From the NCBI GenBank assembly GCA_973895155.1, contig OZ316892.1, positions 12,216,238 through 12,280,237 on the forward strand: a stretch of DNA of 64,000 bases. The letters are read 5' to 3'. The stretch is from Marsupella aquatica (taxonomy: Eukaryota; Plantae; Marchantiophyta). This document shows, in pieces, positions 22,920-34,100 of the stretch. The notes below the pieces were generated by a model. It saw only the letters and a program-made list of their open reading frames with translations, was not told the DNA's origin and searched no databases. The translations under genes and the position numbers were made by a program. Position 1 is the first letter of the stretch. Each line of letters opens with the position of its first letter.

Positions 22920-24375
22920 GTCAGCATGTGTAAGACTTTTTGAGAGATAAGAAGGTCAACCACCGGCAGTTTTGACCTTCACATGATGTCAAAACCCCTG
23001 TTTCAAAATCCTTGAAAGAAACCATCTCCTTATGCTCAGGGCTCAAAGACTTGTCTTGACATCTTATGTGTAACACACAGTCATGGGGCTATCAACCAGT
23101 ATAATATCCAATCCCGCCTTAAAAGGAGTCTTTGTCCCTTAAGAAATTAACTTTTGGAGACTTTTGGAAACTTTTGGAGGGAATCCATGACACCCTTCAA
23201 AATTATTTGTCAGTTTCTTGGGCTGCGCAAATATCAAAAAATTGGGCAGCTATAAACTTAAGCAAATAGATGAAATAAGTGTCGAACTGCTGAGCAGCCG
23301 AACCCCGAACTGCTTGAGATCATCCAGAAGTACTCTGGCAACTTTCAAGGAACGAGAGATGGCCTGCCAGCTTTACCTAAGTCACCACCTACCACAAATC
23401 AATCAGAGGAGGACAATGCACAGAGGAGGACAATGCACAGGAGGAGAGTCAGAGCTCAGATGACGAGTGACCCCTGAAACGGTGAGAAGGCCAGACAATT
23501 GCTGCGCGCAAACCTAGCCTCAAGACAGTTTTAAGACAGAGCGCTCCATTGCTCTATTGACAACGCACGAGATCATTGTAGGGAAGTAGGCCCATGAACA
23601 TTTACTGTCAGTACGTGTCCAACTCTAGAAGTAAAGCCTGATTCATTTTCAGATTTTGATTTCACATGCTCTTGTGTGGTATCTAGTTGACTGAAATTGA
23701 AACCTCGTAACTTTCCTTCGCCCGTACACAGTGTGAATCCTAAAATAAAAAATAGTCCACACAAATTAGTGTGACTCTAATTTTGGTATCACACTAACTT
23801 GTCACTCATACTAGTTAAGGTGGACAATGTACTTAGATCCGATATCGGTTCTTCAGATCCTAAGGCCGGCAGCTGAGAGAAAGGAGAAGTTCTGTGCAGA
23901 TTATGTTGTATGCTTTGGCATCTACACCATCGGACAGTGTACCTAGATCCGATATCGGTACTCTCGATCGTAAGGCCGGCCGGCACGAAGGAGACTCGTT
24001 CTCACGGTCCATGCAGGCTGGAAGGCGATCAAGGAGTCGAGATATCCTTTTCAGCTCTGCGTTGCGGAAAATTTCACATTTGCATCCTTCAGTGAATTCC
24101 CTCCAATCCAAGCTGATCTCCGATCTACCATTTTCAAACGATTTGCTGATTCTCGGGTGCAATTCACTTTGGGCAGAAGCTGAAAGTGTCATATATATTT
24201 GCATCCTCCAGCTTGTTCTCTCCAAAAATCGACTTTGATTATTGGCATTTCTCTAGTCCTATATCTTCTGTGTTTCCAAAACTGTAAATGACTGGGGTCT
24301 CGACCAATGGACAGTACTACGGTAGCACCTTCATCCCTTAGAGAATCCACCTTTTACCCTGGTTTTTTCTAGCAG

Positions 24376-27300
24376 ATGATAATAACAGAGGTGAACTCCT
24401 GCGTAGACCTGGTGCTAAAAGCTTCCAGGTTTGCTAACCAGCTCCAAGATGGTTGGTACAAAGGTTCCGCAGAGGTGGATTCGTTCAAAGCCCAAGTCTC
24501 GACACTTCGTCAGAAGCATGATCAGTGGAGCGCTCAGCTACGAAGACATGGCATTTCGGAAGACGAACGGCTCTTGCGGGCAGTGCAGGCAGCCTTTGAG
24601 ATTCTGGACGAGCAAGAGCAATACGTGAGGAGACTCCAGAAAAGTCCTTTCTTGCGATGGAGGAGAAAGGCATTCCCAGGCCAGCTTACCTATGTCTTGA
24701 AAAATGTGTCCGACATCGTGGACGCTGGGCCTCAGCTTCTGAGCGCAAGGGTTGATACGTTCGATGTGATGGAAAGAATCGTAGCCCAGACTCCGTCTCC
24801 ATTGCCTTTCATTCCGGATCCCAATTACGTCCCGATTACAAACTCTGTTCTGGAGATACGAAATGCCTTGGAGGATGAACAGGGCCCTCGTGTAGTGACT
24901 GTGTTTGGAGGGCCAGGACTGGGAAAGAGTAGTGTGGTGAAATATTTAGTACTCCAGTACGAAAAGGAGAGAAAAGAAGGCTTAAAACAACCCCAGCTCA
25001 AGCCACTCACTTTTCTAGATGGAGCCTATTATTTGTTTTGCGGAAAGAACGCCCAAGAAAAGTGAAGGAGTTGGAGCTAGAGCTGGTCGAGTGTCTAGGC
25101 TTTGGACCGGGTTCAAGTTCAGCTCCACCGAAGGACCAGATGTTTAACGGAATGCAGGAAGGAGCCTGTCCTCAAAGACCGTCACATTATATGAAGCTTA
25201 GATCACGCTTAGCGGAGCAAAACTTGCTCATTGTGCTGGATGATCTATGGGAGCGGAAGGCATTGCAACACCTGTTGCAAATGGCTCCTGCAAAGGGAGT
25301 ACGATATCTGGTAACCTCCCAGATGAAAGAAATCTGGGGTCCGGCAGAAAAAATCCAGATGAGATATCCGACAGTTACAGAAGCTAGGCAAATCATGTCT
25401 AATTATACAAATGGACTTCCCATGAAGGGAAAATTTCCTCACAACATTCAGGTAAAACTTCAGATCTTGCCACTGTAGTTTTCTCTCTGAAGTTCAGGGA
25501 ACTGTGTTTGGATTGTTCCTTTCACTTGAATTAATGTCAGCAGCTCTTGCGTCGTTCACTTAGTTGCTACTATCCATTGGAAATGTCCAAGCACTGACAT
25601 CGTAAACCGTATCAGTACCTATTATCTCTGAAAGCTTTACTGATTTCGAGAATTTTCCATTGCCTGTAGAGGGTGACTGATGCCGTCATCGAAACCGTAG
25701 GTTACCTTCCACTTTCTTTGGCTGATGTTGGCATCAGCATCAACAGTAGCAGAGCGACTGATGCAAGGCATTGGCAAGCGATCAATGATAATTTAAATCA
25801 TGTTCATCTTCACGAGGACGACTTCCAGGTCAGTCCGGTTATGTATGAGAAATCTTACGATCTCACTGTCGGGGCCTCTATGATGCTCATGGTGGAGTCT
25901 TTGACTCCACGGCCAGATGCAAGGCGACTCCTCTTCTTGATTGCATTATTAGGGGACGGCCATTTGCCAGAAACCCTGGTGAGGTACTTTTACAAATGGA
26001 TTCAATCGGCTCAATCCACAGCTTCCCTTAGGCTGAACTACGAGAACCAGGAGAAGTACCTGGCAGACAGGTCATTGGTTGATTTGCACATGCAAGGAAA
26101 TGAGTCAACGTGGGAGAGGATGCCCTCCATGTGGGGGCAAAGAACGGTGGCTGGTCATCGCTTGAGGATGCGCTTCATTCGGGAGAAGAAATCTCTCGAT
26201 GTCCGGTCTATCGCTGCTCAAATATTAGAAAGCAGTAATCAAGGTGGAACTGAAGTTATTGAGAAAGGGGATGCAGAGGCAACGCTTGTTACGATATTGA
26301 GTGCAAGTTACTTCCAAGAACCTTTCACGGATGTCGTAGCAGACACTCTCGAAAATCATCGTCGAATCATCCATGATGGCGCCATTCCACCGAATCTCAG
26401 TACGGGCATCCATCCACATCATGATCTTGTGAAGAGGACAAGATACCAAATCGAACGTCTAGTCTGGCTTATCAATGTCGATCATGGAGATCCTGCTTGG
26501 AAGCAGAAAGCACATGGGTGTGCCAAAAAGGTAAGGATGCTAATCATATGTACTCTGCCAAAAATGTTCGCCTTCAAATACCATAGAGTACAGATCAGGT
26601 GCAAAAATGAGCAGTGATAAGAGATGCAATAATAATGTCCAGTTCCTTCGTTATAAGTCTTCAGCGCGCGTCTCTGAGGACACTGACTGGGTGCTTAGCC
26701 CACGTGAGAACAAGATGTAGGATAGAAGGGAAAAGAAATTCTTAGAAATGATGGAATTGCCAAGACTGCAATCCTATCAAGGTTCGATATAGCTCACACA
26801 ACCAGAATCTAACTATTAAGGGCATCACATTAATTGTACTGAAGTAAGCTGCAGATCCGTCTTTCATCTGGTTTCTCCCAATTCCAGCATAAATTGTGTA
26901 GTAACGACATTTACATTTCTCATGTGGAGCTAGATTATTATCAAGCTAGCTTGTCAAGGGATATTGGACGACTACAGTATGGCAGGCTTGCTTCAACTCC
27001 CTCAAACAACCTCAGTTGCATGTACAGTATTCGAGGGCTACATTCGGGCTTTCGGTTCCTATGATGGAAATGAAACAGTCTCAAGCAAACATGGCGAGAC
27101 AATGAATACTCAGCTCACTCTCTTGCATGATGATGGTGTATCAACCACAAGACGAGTTCCTGTAATCAGGGCCTTCGGGATAGTTCTTGACTACGAGAGC
27201 AAAGATACAATCCTCAGCGTGGCTGCTAAGTATATGGAACTGCTGGGCACGGATTTCAGTGAATCTACTCTCCAGATTGCTGTAGCGCGAAACCTGTATC

Positions 27301-29352
27301 AAATCGATCACTGTCCTACGAGAGCAGCAATTCTTATGGGCGAATTTACAGGAATTCTGGATCGCCTCGTGGCGTTACTAGTCTCCGTAAAAGACTACGA
27401 GGTCCGACTTTCTGCAGCAGAGACTCTCCGGTGGTTCTGTAAATGGAAGTGTACTGCCCTCAAAGTAGCAGCCATACCAGGCGCTCTGGAAAAGCTCTTC
27501 AATTTCTTCCTCACAACAGCAACACTCTCACACGTTGCTTCCACTGAGCCGGAGTATACATTCCTCAGCAGTTTGGCAGGATATATTTTAGTTGACCTGT
27601 CATCCGTGGACGAGAACAGGATCAAAGTTCGTGCCCTCCAGAGCGGTTTATTAGATGGCCTTGGAAATATCCTGGCTCGACTCAAGGGAAGTTGGCAGGG
27701 CACTCATAGCGAGAAGCATCGGCCCGGATTGAGGGAACGAGCTTCTATAGCTGCCGGAATACTGGATCAGCTAGCACTAGACAAGGAGCTGAAACATCCC
27801 ATTGCTTCGTTGCCTGGGCTTGAGGAAGGTTTGCTATTCTTGCAACTTATTCAGATTGCTAGAATCACGGATCACACTACGTTCATTGCTCCCATTAATT
27901 CTACGAGGGCACTTACAAAGCTCTGCTGCGCTTCAACTAACCCAAGATTGAGAGACGTACCAACTCTGAAACAAGCACAAGCAGTATCTTCTGCTGGCGA
28001 ATGTCCTCTATCGATGGGAGCGGCGGCATGCGTCCGAGCATGCGTCACAATATATTGGAGTCGTGTTGAAACCCATTGTCAAATGGGAGCGTACGAGGAG
28101 GCTCTTGAAAACTTGGAAATCGCTCAACTGCAGCTCGACCAGATCTCCACTCCGGATCATGGCGAACCGTTTCTACTGGGAACCTCCAGGTTGAGTTTGA
28201 TGGGCTTCAGGTGGAGTTTGATGGGCGCTACAGAAATCTTGAGGTACTAAACTGCTTCGCTTGGGTATTTAATCAGATCCCATTGGGCAATTTTTTTATT
28301 TGAATCTGGGAGATAAGTTGAGTTGACACTAACAATTTTAATAATCGTCAATTAAGAGGCTGAAATTGAGAGGGAGAGGGACAACTCTCACGTTCCAATT
28401 TTCAGCTTTACGACGATAACAATCGAAATTGTAGGGACCGACAAGTCATAACTGTAGCCAAAGATACGACAGACAAGGAAAGTGAGTCCCTTTTCTCCAG
28501 GCCCCTGGAAGCCGTAGTATCCAAGTCCCTGAACCCCTGTCAAGAGGGCAATAATGTCCCGCAAAAGCACCTCGGGCAAGCCTGCACTTGGGCTTGATCC
28601 ATGACACTTTGGGCTTTCTCCATGACCCTCCCCTTATGAGAGAACTTTATTATACCCAAGCTTGTAATATTGTGTTGTGTGAGAATGAAGTTCCGCGTTC
28701 CGTATCCCTTCTTTCATACTAATATTACCTTATCCACTTTGAACTTTCGACTGACGTACCAACCTGTCTCCGCAGCTGTACGAGGATATTTCTTCAAGCT
28801 ATGATGGGGGATCAGGCGGGTGCCTTATTGGGGGCAAATGAGAAAGTTTACCGCACCCAGTTGAACGCAAATGAGAAAGCTGCCTTATTGGCTGCAGATA
28901 AGAAAGTTGGCACCCGGGTTGGAACTCAGTTGAATGCAACTGAGAAAGCTCACAGGGCCCGAAACTGGCAAATCTATTGTAGATTCCTAGACGCTTTAAT
29001 ACAAAGAGGAATCGTACGCAGGCTGTGCAGAGATTTACAAGGGGCGCTCGACGACTTGGATGCAGCGTTTAATGACCTTGTTGGAGCTTATCAACTGAGT
29101 AACTTTCATGGGCGGGCCTTCTTCTTCTGGGGTCGCCTTTTTTATATCCTCAAGCATCGAGGCTATATCAAATATTTGATGGAGGACGAAGTTGGAGCTA
29201 GCACAGATGCAGAAGCTGCCCAACGACTACAACTCAAAACCAAGTGTCCTATTCTTGAAGAAAGTAAAGATGATAAGTGTTTTTGGGACATAATTAGACT
29301 ACCGATAAACTATTTGGGTTACTTTTCCTCCTCCAAGCCAAGTCTCTCCTAG
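24376..29352 (+). pseudogene. Non-canonical NLR-like gene, copy 2: helical N-terminus + NB-ARC + ARM-like repeats + TPR-like repeats (~1274 aa if frame restored); 1-bp frameshift at ~25060
   Basis: Exons 24376-25451, 25670-26530, 26934-28243 and 28776-29352, all GT-AG and phase-compatible. Motifs GGPGLGKS, LLIVLDDLW, GYLPLSL and a GHRL variant at the MHD position. ARM-like GILDRLVALL...VRLSAAETLRWF...IPGALEKL. TPR-like HCQMGAYEEALENLEIA and RGIVRRLCRDLQGALDDLDAA. Exon 1 is 1 nt shorter than in copy 1 (CAAGAAAAGTG vs CAAGACAGAGTG). Confidence 0.8.
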
Positions 29353-31149
29353 ATTTATTTCCAGTGACATTAGCATGGTTGATAGTGCTGCTGTCCTTAC
29401 TTCATGATCAGAAGGTGCTTGTCCAAAGTTCATGATCTAGCACAAATTCTAGCATAAGGCGTTCAGATGCGTGTTCTGATATACATATATAGGGCAACCA
29501 GACTCGGTGGAATTGCTGTCCGATTGAATGGCTTACTGTCGTAAACTGTGTGAATTTCATTGGGTCAAGTAAAAAAAAATTGGAATAAAAAACAAATCAA
29601 ACCACTTAAACCACCCAGTATCCTGCCCAATATGCTTATGTGTCAGATTCTCATATTATGTCTTAATACTAAGTGAAGACAAGGGCACTGCCCTCACTGC
29701 TCAGGGTGAATTTAACAGTCCTGAGCTTGTGAGGGCTCTAGCAGAAGAATATTTGGCCAACAGCTGGGTGGTCTGGCAAAGGGCTGGGATAATATGTGAG
29801 TCAGTACAGCCTACCTTGATTAAGTGCAGACATGGGGGGAGACACCTCAGCCTGCAATTATCCATGTTATGCAGTTTGTCATAAGCTCTTGGGATATCAT
29901 TATTATTTTATGCACTTCTTCATAGGTGCATGTGAAATGATTTCTTCCTATGTGTTGTCAGGTCATACACATAGGACTCCTGATACCCCGAACCCTCATA
30001 CTGCATAATTCAACTGGACTACTGCATGGAAAACTGTATGTTTGTGTCTGTTACACTTAAATATCAGTAAATGCTTCTAGCATATGCGTTGCAGTGACTG
30101 ATAAATGCATGGGCACTCTTATAGATAAAAGTGCATTTATGTATATGTTGTTTTGTGATGTTGACCTGCACTTACAAATGATGCACTTTTTGGTGCATTT
30201 ACAAAGGAAAGTGCTGAAATATTCACCACTTTGCTAGAAAATTTATTAATCTCTCACCAACCAAAACCTGGTTACAAGTACTTCTACTTTTTCGTCATTT
30301 TTCCATACAGGCAAAGGTTTGGACTCCTTTTTTGGCTAGCAAACTGGCCTACGATCTGGAGCCCTACGAATGCACTAGAACCTTTCACTCTGAGAATACC
30401 TATGGGTTTTGTTTTTTGTTTTTTGTTTTTTGAAAGAAAAATCTATTACACAGTAAGGGCCAAACAAAGTACAATGACCAGCAAACAAAAGAAGTCCAAA
30501 GAGATGAAACCCAAAAGAAGCAAGTCCAACCCTGAAATAAAAATACTACCACGGCACTGGAGCGATGGACCAACATCGAAAGTAAATGTACCTATAGTTT
30601 CATAGAGAATAAACAGAGGTATTATACGCACATCTTTATTTATTTCTAGGCTAGCGATCTCGCAGACGAAGAGGGGGTGTCTGATTGGGAGACTCCATAA
30701 ATTGATATGGGATTAGTGGACGGCTGTGACTCGCAAACAATCCTTCCTTGCTGGCAAAATCCTTTGTTTGCTCGTATCTTACTAACCCGCTCGCTAGCAT
30801 TCCTTCCTCACTCGCGAAAATTCTTGTTTGAATGCATTTTAATAACCCACATCCTGAGTTGAACGGATCACTACCTTAGTCGCCAAAATCAATGCTCCGT
30901 AGTTCATAAATGCTACAGTGTGCAGCACAGACTCTCAGCCGAATACCTTCTGTAGGAAATTGTAGCTCTGACATGCAGATCTACTTTCGCTCGCACACAC
31001 TCTACTACCTTCGAGGGCTGCGGATTCTCATAGACTGCGATTGAATTGGCTGGAACTGAAATGGCGAACTAAAATCCGAGTCAAATTGTGACACTGAGAT
31101 TGAAGAGAGAGAAGAGAGGAAAACGAGAGAAGGCAGGGCAGGGGCAGCC

Positions 31150-34100
31150 ATGGCGAGTGACAAGGGAGGTTCACTCCGGGAGTACGGAGACAGTAGGGGA
31201 ATTAAGTTCTTTCTGGTAATTCCCATCTCATTCAGTTTCTTCCGTGGCGTTCTGACCCCGAGTTTTTAGCTTTCCTGAGTCGAATTGACGTTGGGGCTAC
31301 TACCAGAGTGACATGAGCTGCTCTAGGACTCTGGTCAGGATTCACTTGGATATACAAGACCACCAGCTCCAGATTTGGTGGTCAAACCAATTCCTCCTTC
31401 TACACTAACTTGTAGCACTCATTTAGCTAGGGAGTATGTCGAGTCTCAAGGACGGAAATTGTGAGCTGTAGGGGATGCTGAGGTGTTGATGATGTTGATG
31501 TTGAAAGTGAATGGGCCGTTTTCTGTTGTCTGGATGGTGCTGACAAACAGGTCAGTTTTGTGGATCTACTCGGTGTGGTCCGGTCCAAGCTGGTGCCGAT
31601 TGCAGCTATCGAACAAATGCAGGCGGGTGGGGCCGGTTTCGCTGGATATGCTGCCCACTTCGACATGTCACCTGCTGATCCAGACCTGGTGAGATTTTAG
31701 CAGACCAGCTGTAGATACGTTCAGTTCTTTCGTCTTCTCCAAATATTTTATATTCATTTCTTTTCTCATCCTTTCTGAAGACTTAGGAGTCATTCGTCCG
31801 TTGATTCTCTTAAATTTTCCAATTTCATTCATCCTTCAAAATTCATTCAATCCCAAGAGAGCAAGGTAGCTTTGAGTACTCTGTAAACTACGGAACTGGG
31901 TTAAATTGAAGATCGTCTGGCCCTCTCTTTCATCGTTTCCCTGAAGCCCTGCTACTTACAGCAGTAGTGCCTGTGCTTTTATTGAAATTTCTTCCCTTTT
32001 GGAAATTGCAGTTTGCATTCCCGGATGCATCCTGCGTGATTCAGCTGCCCTGGAAACAGGAAGTTGCGTGGGTTCCAAGCGACCTGTATATGCATGGCAA
32101 GTTGGTGAAGCAAGCCCCTCGTCAGGTGCTCAAGGACCAAGTAAGCTTGCCTAATTTGAAGCCTGCTTAAATGAACCCTCTCAGTTCCCACTCATGAACG
32201 TCATACAAATGAGAGTGCATATTTGAGTTTGCACCTTCTGAGGGTGTATTGGAGGGTTCTCGGGAGGGTTTACATCTTGCAAACTTATTCTCTAAAAAAG
32301 TGCTGAGTTATTTGGGGCCCAATGAGAGCCAAACGATTCACCTGAAGAAATTCAGAGATCTATATATGACTAATCGATAAGGTGACCAATCTTTTTCCTC
32401 TGACTAGACACATCACAAATTGACAACCGCTTTAAAAACTTCATCTTCAGATTTCAAAGGGTTTGAAAAAGGGCTACCGGATGAAAACTGGTGTGGAATG
32501 TGAATTCTTCTTACTGTCTGGCGACGCCGTCAATGTTTCTGACGCCAAGGACTCTGCTGCTAAACCATGCTACGACCAGGTTTGTATTTGCAACGTTTGT
32601 CCCACCAGACTTGTAGCTCAGCTCTCTCGTAGTTCAACACAACTAGATTAAACATTTTTGTAATCGTGGCTCCATTTCCTGCATCTCTCAATAAAAAAAA
32701 GCAATGTTGCCTCTCTTGACGCAAGGAATTACTTAACAAGGAGCCTTCCATTTTCAGGGTTCATTAATGAGGCGGTTTGATATAATTTCAGAGTTGTTTC
32801 AATACATGGAAGATCTTGGGTGGAAACCGTACCAAGCTGATCATGAGGTATAGCTACTCACCACTTCAATATCCGTGACTGGAACATCCTGAGACTTTGC
32901 ACAATGGATACCTTTTAACGAAATGTGATCAAGTTGTGATGGTATATCTGCCTCCCATGGGAAGCTGAAAATTTCTTCTAATCCGATTGTTCTTGTTTTA
33001 TATTGGCAAGGATGGGAATGGACAGTTTGAGATGAATTGGGAATATGATGACTGTCTCAAAACTGCTGACAAGCATGCCTTCTTCAAGTTCATGGTGAAG
33101 TCCATTGCAGAGAAACATGGTAAAGTTCATTCCTGGCTTCTGGCAGCAAACGCATTGACAGCTGAAGATTTGTTTGGCTACAGCACATACTGAAGATTCT
33201 CTTGCTGCAATGGTGCAGGATTTAGAGCCACATTTATGCCAAAACCGTTTTTAAACAAAACAGGTAATGGCGCACATTGTCATGTTTCAATATGGGACGA
33301 ATATGGAGAAAGGAACTTATTTCATGACCAAAGTGGAGAATTGGTAACCTTCAACCTTTCCAGTCTTTTTCAGCAAGACTGCCGTAAGCAATTTGTCCCC
33401 GCGTCAGATTTCTAGCAATTCAGAATATATGATATCTTACAGGCATATAGTAGCCTCAATTGGGTCCTCCTCTTCGTGGTGACCACTTCCGTACAGCTGA
33501 TGGATTGGATTTTTCCCATACTGGCCTGATTTGTGCAGGGATTGTCCTTTTTAGGCTATGCATTTCTCGGGGGTCTCTTGGCCAATGCAAAGGTATGACT
33601 GTAGAGACTTGATGCATTTGATGGGTCCACCATCAGAAATTTTGCAACGGTTGATCTTACCATTACAAAGCATGAAATCTGTCTGAAACTCTTAAACGAG
33701 AGGGTACTGAAGTTGATATTCTGATTGGCATATCTGTCTTCATTCATTCCTTCAATTGTAGGATGACAGTAAATTACCCTGCTTGGGCGTTTAGCTGAGT
33801 TTCTTGGTCAAGCCTCGTTGCAGACCGCTGTTTAAGTCAAGTACTATTCACGAAGAAATGATTTTTTTTGCTGCAGGCGTTATGTGGAATCTTGAATCCA
33901 ACGGTGAATAGTTACAAGCGTATTGATGGAACCACCACTGCTTCTGGCTCATCTTGGGCTCCTACATCTGTGTCGTACTCCGGCAACAATCGAACTCACA
34001 TGTTCCGGTCAGTCTTTTCTTCAAATTAATTACCTTACTGAGATTGAAATGTCGGCAGGTCTAGTATGAGGTCTGATCGGAATGAATGGTTTTGATGTCT

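Noticed and set aside
28300-28730. Possible solo LTR or other insertion in intron 3 of NLR copy 2
   Set aside because: The composition is suggestive, but I could not define TG...CA ends or a TSD.
29400-31100. Short ORFs in intergenic DNA here and antisense ORFs over real genes elsewhere
   Set aside because: They mostly have non-ATG starts, no domains, and are low-complexity or shadows of the coding strand.
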